From a virus, in IMG/VR virus record IMGVR_UViG_3300045988_077302, positions 1-41,356 of that record: 41,356 bases of DNA; one strand, 5' to 3'. The notes below the pieces were generated by a model. It was not told the DNA's origin, searched no databases, and saw only the letters and a list, made by a program, of their open reading frames with translations. Both the position numbers and the translations under genes were made by a program. Positions 1 through 9,676 of this stretch are shown piece by piece. The stretch's first letter is position 1, and each line of letters starts with the position of its first letter.

Positions 1-85
1 GGAGAGCCGGAGCAGATACTTGATCTGGATCTGAAATGTAACTTTCAGGACCGAGCTAAGACAATCCTGACGGCGGAAAAAAAAC
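1..85. repeat. Terminal overlap, copy 1 (identical to 41272..41356)
   Basis: Read directly: ggagagccggagcagatacttgatctgg...cggcggaaaaaaaac is present at both ends. Confidence 0.95.
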
Positions 86-255
86 TGATCCAGATCACTG
101 GCACGGCCATGTTTCCGGGTGATATTGCACCGAACTTTCCGATACTCAGCGGCGGTACGGTGACCGTGTTCGGCCAGGAACGTCGGATCGAACAGGGAAT
201 GAAGGCCAGGAATCCAGATGGGACGGTTAATTACAGCCAGCTGGAGGTGATCTAA
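1..255 (+). CDS. Head-closure / head-tail adaptor protein, C-terminal part (gene starts at 41188 and wraps)
   Basis: Frame 1 is open from base 1 to TAA at 253..255 and continues the ORF from ATG 41188. The joined product is about 112 aa, and the position between connector and neck genes fits. Confidence 0.65.
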   Translation, partial: GEPEQILDLDLKCNFQDRAKTILTAEKKLIQITGTAMFPGDIAPNFPILSGGTVTVFGQERRIEQGMKARNPDGTVNYSQLEVI

Positions 256-635
256 TGCAGGTTAAGTCATCGGTAAAAATGAATTTTCCACGAATTAAGC
301 AGCTTACCCAGGCGGCAGTCACCGCGCTGGAAATGACGGCGGAAGCACTGCATACAGAGGTAGTACAGGCGCAGGTTATGCCATTTGACAGCGGCCATCT
401 GGAAGAAGATGCATCGTTCGTAGATTACAGCGAGTCCAAGCATGGGAGAGCGAGACTGGTTTCCAGTACGCCATATGCCCGCCGGCTTTACTATCATCCG
501 GAATATGATTACCAGACAGATGAGAATCCGTTTGCCGGCGGTGAGTGGTATTCGCCATGGCTGAAGGGCGGAAAGCAGGAAGACTTTGCAAAGAAAGCCT
601 TCAAGCAATTTTATAAGAGAGTAGGTGCTGTATGA
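255..635 (+). CDS. Neck / head-tail joining protein (HK97 gp10-like minor capsid family)
   Basis: 126 aa with TAATG coupling to the previous gene. It has the motif STPYARRLYYHPEY and sits in the neck module. Confidence 0.6.
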   Translation: MQVKSSVKMNFPRIKQLTQAAVTALEMTAEALHTEVVQAQVMPFDSGHLEEDASFVDYSESKHGRARLVSSTPYARRLYYHPEYDYQTDENPFAGGEWYSPWLKGGKQEDFAKKAFKQFYKRVGAV

Positions 636-1036
636 TGTTGACTCTGGATAATATCCGCGGTTACATTGCAAGCCTGGGAATTGCTGACGATAACAATGTC
701 TATATCGGTAAGCTGAACGGCAAGAAGGAACATTCAATCGGCGTGTACCATAGAAAAGACAGCGGGCCGCCTGTGATGGCTCTGGGTGGCTACGAATACA
801 GCAGCTATGATATCCGGCGCCTCTCCCTTCTGATCCACTGGGATAAGAGCGTGCAGGCATCGGAGCAGGCCGCCTATGAGTTATATGAGAAACTTAAAAA
901 TGGATCCAGCCTGTCCATAGGGGATACGCCCATTCACTGTATTATCCTTCAGGTACCCGAACCGGTTGATGTGGGGACAGATGACAAGGGCGTATACGAA
1001 TATGTGATATGGCTGGATTTTGTATATGGAAAGTGA
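632..1036 (+). CDS. Tail-completion / neck protein
   Basis: 134 aa with an ATGA overlap to the previous gene. The call rests only on its position directly before the major tail protein. Confidence 0.5.
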   Translation: MMLTLDNIRGYIASLGIADDNNVYIGKLNGKKEHSIGVYHRKDSGPPVMALGGYEYSSYDIRRLSLLIHWDKSVQASEQAAYELYEKLKNGSSLSIGDTPIHCIILQVPEPVDVGTDDKGVYEYVIWLDFVYGK

Positions 1037-1046
1037 GGAACGATAA

Positions 1047-1502
1047 ATGGCAGAAACTGCACGTGTATTTAAAGTATCTAATAATAAGTTCAAGTTTGGA
1101 ACGAAGGGACTGGAAAGTGCGGACGCGGATATGATGATGCCGAAAGATTTGACCAATTTCGCGCCAACAATCGACAACACAACAGATGAGTGGTATGCAA
1201 TGGACGCGGAAGGCTGGGCTAAAAGCGCCGTCGTTGGTAAGAAACTCAGTTTTTCCTTCCAGGGGAAGAGGAGCGTTGGCGATCCGGGGAATGACTATAT
1301 AGCCAGTCTGTTTATGGCTATGGGCAGCGATGCAATGACAAAGTTCGAATGGGAAATGGTATCTGGTGCAAAGCTGGCGTTTGACTGTGTCATTAACGTA
1401 ACGACACCAGGCGGCGGGGATACTGCGGCACTTGATGCGCTTGAATTTGAAGTAGTCTGCTATGGCAAGCCGGTTTTTACACCAGCAGCGCCCGCCGCAT
1501 AA
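1047..1502 (+). CDS. Major tail (tube) protein
   Basis: 151 aa with a GAGGAA RBS. It lies immediately upstream of the chaperone pair and the tape measure gene. Confidence 0.7.
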   Translation: MAETARVFKVSNNKFKFGTKGLESADADMMMPKDLTNFAPTIDNTTDEWYAMDAEGWAKSAVVGKKLSFSFQGKRSVGDPGNDYIASLFMAMGSDAMTKFEWEMVSGAKLAFDCVINVTTPGGGDTAALDALEFEVVCYGKPVFTPAAPAA

Positions 1503-1515
1503 GGAGGAATAAGAG

Positions 1516-1815
1516 ATGGCAAAAGTAATTGATATCACAGATAAGCTTACCTTTGACGGGAATCCGTCATTAATGATTAAAGGCAAAAAGCTGGAGGTCA
1601 ACGCTGATGCTCCAACCATGCTTAAAGTAATGAATTTTATGACAGCGGGCGGTGTAGAGATTAATCAAATCAATGAAGCGTATGAGCTGATTTTCCCGGA
1701 AAAGTCCCGTAAGGAAATTGAAAAATTTAAATTAAACTTCGAGGATTGGACGACTGTGGTAGAAGCGGCTATGGACCTGGTAGTAGGCGAGGAAAACAGC
1801 CAGGGGGAGCAGTGA
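1516..1815 (+). CDS. Tail assembly chaperone (gpG-like)
   Basis: 99 aa, acidic, with an AAGGAGGA RBS. It is the first of two small ORFs before the tape measure gene. Confidence 0.7.
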   Translation: MAKVIDITDKLTFDGNPSLMIKGKKLEVNADAPTMLKVMNFMTAGGVEINQINEAYELIFPEKSRKEIEKFKLNFEDWTTVVEAAMDLVVGEENSQGEQ

Positions 1816-1828
1816 CCCGTACTACGAT

Positions 1829-2149
1829 TTGTTTGAAGACTGGAATTTGATTATTTCCAGTTTCCTGTCGCAGTACGGGCTGAGAATAAGGACAAAAGAA
1901 TTTGAGTCAGTTAGTTGGGATGAGTTCAAGTCCCTTCTGGCCGGAATAGATCCGGAGACCGTGTTGGGGCGTATCGTGGCGATCCGATCAGAGACGGATA
2001 AAGATGTAATTAAGCATTTTACCACAGACCAGAAGCGGATTTACGATGAGTGGCATAAACGTCAGGCCGAGCAGATGAGCCCTCAGGCATACGGTCAGCA
2101 GATGGAATATCTGGAGCGGCAGATGGCTTTCCTGTGCGGAGGTGGTTGA
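1829..2149 (+). CDS. Tail assembly chaperone extension (gpT-like), probably made as a G-T fusion by +1 slippage
   Basis: The only start is a TTG and there is no RBS. The frame is open from 1787 and overlaps the end of the previous ORF in the +1 frame across a G5 run (1803..1807). Confidence 0.55.
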   Translation: MFEDWNLIISSFLSQYGLRIRTKEFESVSWDEFKSLLAGIDPETVLGRIVAIRSETDKDVIKHFTTDQKRIYDEWHKRQAEQMSPQAYGQQMEYLERQMAFLCGGG

Positions 2150-2180
2150 GATTGAGAAGATAAAAACAGAAAGAGAAAAA

Positions 2181-2303
2181 GTGAGGTGCCCGTATTGCGG
2201 GTACCCTGTTAATGCAATCAGAAATCAGGACGCCAGGTGTCAGGGCGTCTTTTTTAAATGCAAAAATAAGGATTGCAAACGGGAATTTGAATTAAGAATC
2301 TAA
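2181..2303 (+). CDS. Small zinc-ribbon protein (about 40 aa; alternative GTG start at 2142)
   Basis: Not in the ORF track because it is under 60 aa. Translation is (M)RCPYCGYPVNAIRNQDARCQGVFFKCKNKDCKREFELRI, with CxxC and CxxxxC pairs. The RBS is weak and purine-rich. Confidence 0.4.
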   Translation: MRCPYCGYPVNAIRNQDARCQGVFFKCKNKDCKREFELRI

Positions 2304-2355
2304 GACGCTGTGCCGATGTGCCTGTCTTACCAGATGAGTAAAGGCAGGTGATAGT

Positions 2356-5300
2356 ATGGCAGCTGAGAGCGTCGGACAAATTGGTCTTGACCTTACAGTA
2401 AATGATCGAAGTTTTAAGAAGCAGATGGTCGGCATTCAGGGCATGGCAAAGAAAGCGGGCGCCGCCCTGGCTGCCGCATTTGCAGTTAAAAAGATTATAG
2501 ATTTCGGGGCTTCCTGTATTGAGCTGGGATCGGATCTTGCCGAGGTCCAGAACGTCGTTGACGTGACATTCCCTCGAATGTCAAAACAAGTAGATGAGTT
2601 CGCCCGGAATGCGGCAGGATCCTTCGGCCTGTCTGAAACGATGGCAAAGAAGTTCACGGGTACGTTCGGCGCTATGGCGAAGGCATTCGGGTTCAACGAG
2701 CAAGCAGCCTACGAGATGTCTACGGCCCTTACCGGTCTGGCTGGAGACGTTGCGTCGTTCTACAACATCAGCCAGGACGAAGCATACACCAAAATGAAGG
2801 CGGTGTTCACCGGAGAAACTGAGGTCTTGAAAGATCTCGGAATTGTCATGACCCAGAATGCACTCGATGCTTATGCCATGGCAAACGGATACGGTAAAGT
2901 TACGGCCAAAATGACCGAGGCTGAAAAGGTAGCATTACGGTATCAGTTCGTGACAGATCAGCTGGCCCTGGCTTCCGGGGATTTTATCCGGACGAGTGAC
3001 GGCTGGGCGAATCAGGTTCGTATCCTGCAACTTCAGTTTGATAGCTTAAAGGCGACGATCGGCCAAGGGCTCATCAATGTCCTTACTCCTGTGATTAAGG
3101 TTATTAACCTTATAATCAACAAGTTGATGAGCCTGGCCAATGCTTTTAAATCCCTGACAGATATGTTTGCTGGGAAGAAATCAGGCGGAGGAGGCGCTGC
3201 GGTTGCAGCCGCCGGTATGGAAGGCGTAGCAGAATCCGCGGATAATGCAGGAACAGCCATGGGCGGAGCTGGGAGCGCTGCGAAAAAGGCCGCGAAAGAT
3301 ATCAAGGGAGCCACAAGTGGCATTGACGAACTCAATGTCATTCAGGCGCCAGATAGTGGTGGATCTGGTGGCGCGAGCGGCGGATATGCGGCCGACGAGT
3401 TCGATATGGGGGAAGTTGATACTTCAGCCATTGATGAGATGGATAGTAAGTATCAGGGACTCATTGATAAGGCCAGAGAGCTTTCCAGTCTGTTTAAGGG
3501 TGGATTTAATATTGCCTTCGGAGATAAAGGCGTTTTAGACAGTATTCAGCAGTCCATCACTAATATTGGGCAGAGCCTAAAAGATATATTCCTGGATCCG
3601 GCTGTCGTTTCTGCGGCAGATGAGTTTCTAAATCGGTTTGTATTTAATCTGGGTAAAGTTGCTGGTTCCACTGCAAGCATTGGTGCATCATTTGCTGATA
3701 ATCTACTGGGCGGGATCAGCCTGTACTTAGAGCAGAACAAGGAACGTCTGATCGAATATATTGTAGCAATGTTTGATATCGGTTCCAGAATCTCTGAGAT
3801 AAGTGGCCGATTTTCGACCGCAGTAGCTAAAATATTTGAGTCTTTCCGGAGTGACAGTGCAAAACAGATCACAGCTGACATCATCGGGATTTTTTCTGAA
3901 GGATTTATGGGTGTTACTGAACTGGCAGGCACGTTTCTGGCTGATTTACTAGACGTGCTTACTGGCCCGATTATAGATAATGCAGATTATATCAAATCAA
4001 CGCTGGAAAATACATTTAGCGCGATTGAACCGGTATTTGCAACGATTAAGTCAGTGATCGAGGAAGCATTCACCAAAATAGGTAACGCATACAACGACCA
4101 TGTAGCACCTATGCTCATGTCATTTAAAAAAGGATTTTCTGAAATAACAGAAAAACTTTTGGACGCTTATAATCAGTACATCCTCCCGGTAATATCAGAA
4201 ATGTCCCAGAAATTCCAGGAGTTTCACGAACAATATTTAAGCCCTCTTATAGATAAGTTTCTTGATTTCACTGGAAAAGTCGCTGATGCTATAACGACGG
4301 TGTGGGAAAATTTCCTTAAGCCATTTGTTTTATGGTTTATTGGGACAATGGTTCCTATCATTGGCAATGCATTATCAGGACTGGTTGACATGTTCTTTGG
4401 CTGGTGGAAAGGAATTAGCGAGACTCTGGGCCATGTATTCGACGCGCTGGGCGGTTTGATGGATTTTATCACCGGAATCTTTACTGGAGACTGGAAAAAG
4501 GCATGGGAAGGCATTAAGACATTTTTCAGCCAAATATGGGAGGCTATGAAGAGCCTGACAAATACCCTGATGACTGCAATAAGCAATATTATAAGTACGG
4601 TGCTGGGCGTTATTAAAGGTGTATGGGAATCTATTTGGGGAAAGATTAAGGAGTTTGCTTCCGGACTCTGGAATGGTTTAAAAGACTCAGCATCAGAGAT
4701 ATTCAATAGCATCAAGGATAAGCTGTCTGAAATCTGGGATAGCGTAAAGTCCACGATTGAGGAAAAGTGGAATGCCATCAAAGAGTGGTTCGATGGAATC
4801 TGGCAGAAGATCAAAGATATTTTCAATCTTGACGAAATGCTGCAAGTCGGAAAGAACATCATGAACAAACTGTGGGAAGGTATGAGTAATATCTGGGAAG
4901 ACGTGAAAAACTGGCTGGGCGGCATTGCAGATTTTGTAGGAAGTGTCTGGGACGGTATTGTAGATGGTGCAAAGAATCTGTTCAAGCGAGGTAAAGAAGA
5001 AGCTGAAGAAAGTGACAGTGATAGTTCCGGGCCGGGAGGCACTTCCGACTATGTTGACAGTGGCCCAGGTGTAAAGGGCCATGCAACCGGAGGCTTCCCG
5101 AAATCAGGCCAGATGTTTGTGGCCAATGAAAACGGCACCCCTGAGATGATTGGTAAGTGGGGCGGTAAAGCGGCGGTTGCCAATAACACGCAGATCACTC
5201 AGGGAATCTCTCAGGCAGTACAGGGTGGCATGAGAGCAGCCCTTACACCATTGGTTAATAGCATAAGGAGTATGACAAGCAATGCAACGCCGCGTCTGGC

Positions 5301-5547
5301 TATGGTGGGATCATCGAGTCCTGGCTATGAAGACACCGGGAGAATACGAGATATGGTCGATAAGGCCGTTGCAATGGCAGCCAGACCGGACGGCATGAGC
5401 GAGCAGTACTTAATCATTATGATCGATCTACTTAAGAAGATTATCGAGCTGATCGAGAACTTTGATCTGGTGGTCAACATAGATATCCGTGAGATCCGAC
5501 AGAAGCTTAAGGATCTCGAAAAACGGTCAGGCTTTTCGTTTGGATAA
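2356..5547 (+). CDS. Tail tape measure protein
   Basis: 1063 aa. The N-terminus has a TP901-type core (LAEVQNVVDVTF...FGLSETMAKKFTG), followed by a Gly/Ala-rich stretch and long Trp-containing helical repeats. It is the longest gene in the tail module. Confidence 0.95.
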   Translation: MAAESVGQIGLDLTVNDRSFKKQMVGIQGMAKKAGAALAAAFAVKKIIDFGASCIELGSDLAEVQNVVDVTFPRMSKQVDEFARNAAGSFGLSETMAKKFTGTFGAMAKAFGFNEQAAYEMSTALTGLAGDVASFYNISQDEAYTKMKAVFTGETEVLKDLGIVMTQNALDAYAMANGYGKVTAKMTEAEKVALRYQFVTDQLALASGDFIRTSDGWANQVRILQLQFDSLKATIGQGLINVLTPVIKVINLIINKLMSLANAFKSLTDMFAGKKSGGGGAAVAAAGMEGVAESADNAGTAMGGAGSAAKKAAKDIKGATSGIDELNVIQAPDSGGSGGASGGYAADEFDMGEVDTSAIDEMDSKYQGLIDKARELSSLFKGGFNIAFGDKGVLDSIQQSITNIGQSLKDIFLDPAVVSAADEFLNRFVFNLGKVAGSTASIGASFADNLLGGISLYLEQNKERLIEYIVAMFDIGSRISEISGRFSTAVAKIFESFRSDSAKQITADIIGIFSEGFMGVTELAGTFLADLLDVLTGPIIDNADYIKSTLENTFSAIEPVFATIKSVIEEAFTKIGNAYNDHVAPMLMSFKKGFSEITEKLLDAYNQYILPVISEMSQKFQEFHEQYLSPLIDKFLDFTGKVADAITTVWENFLKPFVLWFIGTMVPIIGNALSGLVDMFFGWWKGISETLGHVFDALGGLMDFITGIFTGDWKKAWEGIKTFFSQIWEAMKSLTNTLMTAISNIISTVLGVIKGVWESIWGKIKEFASGLWNGLKDSASEIFNSIKDKLSEIWDSVKSTIEEKWNAIKEWFDGIWQKIKDIFNLDEMLQVGKNIMNKLWEGMSNIWEDVKNWLGGIADFVGSVWDGIVDGAKNLFKRGKEEAEESDSDSSGPGGTSDYVDSGPGVKGHATGGFPKSGQMFVANENGTPEMIGKWGGKAAVANNTQITQGISQAVQGGMRAALTPLVNSIRSMTSNATPRLAMVGSSSPGYEDTGRIRDMVDKAVAMAARPDGMSEQYLIIMIDLLKKIIELIENFDLVVNIDIREIRQKLKDLEKRSGFSFG

Positions 5548-5559
5548 GGAGGTGGAGAC

Positions 5560-5937
5560 GTGGCTTTTATTACAATCAACGGTCGGGAGTTTCCGCCTCC
5601 CGACAACATGGCCGACTTAATTGTCGCCACGAACGTGAGCGATGGTAAAAATGCCCTCGGCGAGTTTATCGGGGACCGCGTCGGTAGGGATCAGTACAAG
5701 GTGGATAACCTGCAATGGTCCTATCTGGACGCAGCTACGTGGGCGGAGATGTTACAGGCGTTTTCGGAGTTCGTAGTGACGGCCCGGATCCCCGACATGG
5801 TACACGATGGCTGGATTACAATCCAGATGTACCCGGGCAACCGGACCGGTACGCCGTGTGAATATGACAGTGACGGCCGGCCCACCCGGTATAAGGTGTG
5901 CAAGGTCAATCTGGTGGATTGCGGGGTGATTGACTGA
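5560..5937 (+). CDS. Small tail component (distal-tail-protein position)
   Basis: 125 aa, GTG start 4 nt after the AAGGAGGTGG RBS, directly after the tape measure gene. It is shorter than a typical Dit. Confidence 0.45.
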   Translation: MAFITINGREFPPPDNMADLIVATNVSDGKNALGEFIGDRVGRDQYKVDNLQWSYLDAATWAEMLQAFSEFVVTARIPDMVHDGWITIQMYPGNRTGTPCEYDSDGRPTRYKVCKVNLVDCGVID

Positions 5938-8138
5938 TGCAGGCGGTAAGCAGAGCCTATAAAGAGACACAGACAAAGCAGACCAGAGATCAGATGTACA
6001 TGGACGTCACCATCGGTGTTATCAACCAGGCAGCACAGAATAACTCTTCCGTGGATCCGGGCCAGTGTACGGAGTTCTCGAACACCCGGAAGCTGTTGGA
6101 CAACTACGACCCAGAGTACATGTACGCGACTTACGAACAAGACTTCTGGCGGGCCGATGGCTCCATGTTATTCCTGCCAGAGGACGGCAGCCCCTATTTC
6201 AACCAGGGGGCGGTCAGCCGGGAGCTGCTGGGGGCAATCCAGATCGATTACCACGGCGGCCCCTATGATATCCGGGGGCTGACTATAGATTTTTCGGATT
6301 ACTTCCCGGTTGACTTTGACGTTGTGTCAGACAATAAGACGCTGAATGTCATCGGAAACAGCAGCCGGGTATACATAACCGAGGAGATTTTCGAGGACGC
6401 TACGTACATCCGGATCGTCCCTCACGCCATGGTCAACGGCCAGGGGCGGCTCCGGATTTTTAAAATATCCATGGGTGTTGGTATCTACTTTAAGAGCAGA
6501 CAGATTACCTCGAGCAGTAAAAAGGAGTATCTGTCGCAGATTTCGGAGGAGCTGCCGACCATAGACCTATCCCTGACCGTGGAAAACAAGGGCCGGAAGT
6601 TTGACACCGAGAACCGCGACAGCGCCCTATATTATCTGGAGATCGGCCAGGAGGTCGAGATCAAGTACGGCGTGACACTGGCGGACGGCTCCATCGAGTG
6701 GCTGGACGGAGCGAAGCTATACCTGGACACGTGGAAGGCCGACGACGACCGCATGAGCTTCGGGGCGCGTGATGCAGTCGCAAACCTCAACGGGACGTAT
6801 TACCGGGGGAGGCATGGCACCACAACGTTGTATGATCTGGCCGTCGATGTGCTGGCAGATGCAGACGTGGATCCTCGGAATTACGTACTGGACGATTATC
6901 TGCGGCAGGTGCTGGTTGTCAACCCGATGCCCGCAGTCACCCATGCAGAAGCGTTACAGATCATAGCCAACGCAGGCCGCTGCATCTTATACCAGGACCG
7001 ACAGGGTATGATCCGGATTAAGGCAGCATTCGCCACGGTGATCTCTCCGGAGCGCATGACGGTGACGTCGGACGATGCCATGGAGTACTCGCACCTTAAA
7101 GAGGTTGTGCTGCCGAGCGTTAAGTACGATTATGCCAGGTATACACAGGATTACTGGGTGGCAGATGGCAGTATGTACTTTCTTCCAGAGGACGGAGGCA
7201 ACTACTTAAATACCGGTTTTATAAGCAAGCAGGTGGCCGGAGATGATGGGCGATTTACAGATCCTCCAAAGCTGTCAATCCGACTGGAAGCGGCCATGAA
7301 GTACTACGGCCTGTCTATGGAGTTTGGCGGCAATCACCCGGTCGAGATGGTGATACACACCTATAAGGCCGGTGCATTGCAGGAAAGCTATACGCAGGGG
7401 ATAACCGGCAACGAGATGGTAGTGGAACATGAGTTTCCGGAGTTCGATACCATAGTTTTTGAATTTACGCAGGCGCACTCCAACAACGATGTAATCGTCA
7501 ACTATGTTAAGTTTGGGGACGTGAGCGATTATGAACTTAACTATCACAACATGCGGAAACCGCCTACAGGTATCCAGGTCGATAGGTATAAGGATCTCCG
7601 GGTGCAGATGACCAACTACTATGAGGGCACTGATCGTAAGGAGCTGTTTAAGGACGTGGTGCAGGGCGGCGGCCGTTATGTGGCTACGATGCTTAATGCA
7701 AGCCACGGGTATGCAGTTAATATTGGATCTATTGTGGAGTCTACGGCCTATAAGGTGATCGTGGATCTAAGCAGTGTTACCGGCTCTGTGGAGTTGATAA
7801 TCACCGGCTGCGAATACCTCCAGACACCGTCTGACTATGTGCTGAGACTTAACCCGTCTGGACAGAGTAAGACCTGGACTAATCCTCTAATCAACGATGC
7901 GGCTCATGCGCAGCTGGTAGCGGAGTGGACTGGAAATTACCTGAACAACAATATCAACTATGAGATCAGCTACCGTGGGGATTTCCGGCTGGATCCTGGG
8001 GATATCGTATTCCTCCAGAACCAATATGTGGATAAGCTCCAAATCAACATCGGGGAGCATACGATCAATTACGACGGCGGAGCCGTATCCGGTACCGTGA
8101 AAGCAAGGAGGGCTGTTAATGGCGTGGGTAACACCTAA
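5937..8138 (+). CDS. Tail-associated / baseplate hub-like protein with an internally duplicated domain
   Basis: 733 aa with TGATG coupling. It occupies the Tal position, and two homologous segments were seen (see findings). Confidence 0.65.
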   Translation: MQAVSRAYKETQTKQTRDQMYMDVTIGVINQAAQNNSSVDPGQCTEFSNTRKLLDNYDPEYMYATYEQDFWRADGSMLFLPEDGSPYFNQGAVSRELLGAIQIDYHGGPYDIRGLTIDFSDYFPVDFDVVSDNKTLNVIGNSSRVYITEEIFEDATYIRIVPHAMVNGQGRLRIFKISMGVGIYFKSRQITSSSKKEYLSQISEELPTIDLSLTVENKGRKFDTENRDSALYYLEIGQEVEIKYGVTLADGSIEWLDGAKLYLDTWKADDDRMSFGARDAVANLNGTYYRGRHGTTTLYDLAVDVLADADVDPRNYVLDDYLRQVLVVNPMPAVTHAEALQIIANAGRCILYQDRQGMIRIKAAFATVISPERMTVTSDDAMEYSHLKEVVLPSVKYDYARYTQDYWVADGSMYFLPEDGGNYLNTGFISKQVAGDDGRFTDPPKLSIRLEAAMKYYGLSMEFGGNHPVEMVIHTYKAGALQESYTQGITGNEMVVEHEFPEFDTIVFEFTQAHSNNDVIVNYVKFGDVSDYELNYHNMRKPPTGIQVDRYKDLRVQMTNYYEGTDRKELFKDVVQGGGRYVATMLNASHGYAVNIGSIVESTAYKVIVDLSSVTGSVELIITGCEYLQTPSDYVLRLNPSGQSKTWTNPLINDAAHAQLVAEWTGNYLNNNINYEISYRGDFRLDPGDIVFLQNQYVDKLQINIGEHTINYDGGAVSGTVKARRAVNGVGNT

Positions 8139-8520
8139 AACTAATTGGGTTAAGACGGACAGGATTAACTATGTGGATTACAACCGGATCAAAAACAACT
8201 TGGCGTATCTGCGGGATCTGGCGGCGCAGTTGTATCGGGAGTTTGACATCACAGTGGATCCGGACAAAGACAATTATAGTCTCTGGCCTTATCCGTCCGA
8301 GATCAACCGCTTGGAGGAGAATCTGGAGACAATCCGGAATCATACGTATCAGTTCCGGACGGGGCAGAAGCGGACCTATTACGGCAACGTCCCCACTATC
8401 GACTGGCAGGAGCTCAACCGCCTGGAATCAGCCACGCTGCTGATCCACGATAACTTACAGGGCCAGGCAGAGGGCAAGCGGCGGTTATCATTTAGATTAG
8501 GAGGTTTAAGAGGACTATGA
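8119..8520 (+). CDS. Tail fibre-associated protein
   Basis: 133 aa. The N-terminus WVTPKTNW...VDYNRIKNNL is typical of Firmicutes phage fibre/collar proteins. It overlaps both neighbouring genes. Confidence 0.5.
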   Translation: MAWVTPKTNWVKTDRINYVDYNRIKNNLAYLRDLAAQLYREFDITVDPDKDNYSLWPYPSEINRLEENLETIRNHTYQFRTGQKRTYYGNVPTIDWQELNRLESATLLIHDNLQGQAEGKRRLSFRLGGLRGL

Positions 8521-9653
8521 AGACAGACTGGAAAGATGATATCTTCACCCGCCGGAAGCTCCGCATGGTAGACAACGGAGACGGCACGGTTACACCGGAG
8601 GACGCAACGGATTATACCCAGCGAGGAGACAGTTTCGGGGCGAAGGAACTCAATACGATTGGCGAGGAAGTAAATGAGATAAAAAAATCTGTCAGTGATG
8701 GAAAAGCCCTTGTTGCCGCAGCCATCACTGCGAAGAGAGTAGCAACAGCGGCGACAGCGACATTTAAGGAGATGGCAGCAAATATCGGACGCATTGTATT
8801 GGGATCCGGGAATGCACAGCCGGCGGATGTCCGGAAGGGAAAAACCTTTACGAACGATGAGGGAATAGAAAAAGCCGGGACTATGCCGGAGTACATATCC
8901 GGAACAAAAGGTATATCATGCGGATTAAACGACAGTGGCCTGTATTATTACATGGGCGCCGGTTACTGGATTCAAGACGGATCTGGAAAGTCGTGGGTCT
9001 ATATGAGCCGCGACGAGGTGGCTGCCACAATCGGACTTAACCCGGATTGTATGCTGGACAGTATTAACGTGCTGGGAAAGCAGGGCAAGATCCAGTCCAT
9101 GGCGGGAGTGACGATTACACCGCAAACCTATGCTCAGACAGTGCAGTCGGCGTGGAAACGCATGACAGGCAACGTGGAAATAGCAGCTGCATCACTTCCG
9201 CCGGCGAATGTGATTAAGAAGGGGTACCGGTATTGGATAGGCAGTAACTACGTTGACGGAACTTTTGAGGGGTATGTACCAATGCCGACGGATTTGTATG
9301 TAAGAGGTAATAACATAGTCGGATTCTCGAAATACGAGGGGTACGATCTCCCGAACTTTGATAGCGGACAACTTACATTCGTTACTAACTATGGTGGAAT
9401 GCAAGCGCCGTTTGACTTCACCAGGTACACAAGAGTTAATTTTGAAATACACAAAACAGCTAAACAGGCCAACTCTTATATTTCGATTAGAGACCTCAAC
9501 AATAAAGTCGTATATGCCAAAGTCGTACTGGACAATACATTAAATGTAACACAAACCGTATCGATCGCCCTTAATACATTGGCTATCAACTCGTTCTTCG
9601 GCTTTGAATTTGCGAGTTGGCGTGGCGCTGTATATCGCATTTGGGCGTCATAA
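8517..9653 (+). CDS. Tail fibre / receptor-binding protein
   Basis: 378 aa. Contains the motif GNAQPADVRKGKTFTNDEGIEKAGTMPE, common in clostridial phage fibre proteins. The C-terminal third is AT-richer. Confidence 0.6.
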   Translation: MKTDWKDDIFTRRKLRMVDNGDGTVTPEDATDYTQRGDSFGAKELNTIGEEVNEIKKSVSDGKALVAAAITAKRVATAATATFKEMAANIGRIVLGSGNAQPADVRKGKTFTNDEGIEKAGTMPEYISGTKGISCGLNDSGLYYYMGAGYWIQDGSGKSWVYMSRDEVAATIGLNPDCMLDSINVLGKQGKIQSMAGVTITPQTYAQTVQSAWKRMTGNVEIAAASLPPANVIKKGYRYWIGSNYVDGTFEGYVPMPTDLYVRGNNIVGFSKYEGYDLPNFDSGQLTFVTNYGGMQAPFDFTRYTRVNFEIHKTAKQANSYISIRDLNNKVVYAKVVLDNTLNVTQTVSIALNTLAINSFFGFEFASWRGAVYRIWAS

Positions 9654-9676
9654 CTGACAAGAAAGGAAGAAAACTT

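Noticed and set aside
1-85. The terminal repeat as a physical DTR or cos end
   Set aside because: It lies inside a coding sequence, and the packaging genes look pac/headful-type. An assembler overlap of a circular or permuted genome is the simpler explanation, though read data could still overturn this.
4224-5042. 272-aa and 129-aa minus-strand ORFs inside the tape measure gene, with similar cases at 942..1619, 3546..3932 and 26251..27030
   Set aside because: All are antisense to long + strand genes with clear motifs. Their products are low-complexity and Ser/Pro/Leu-rich, and none has a start context.
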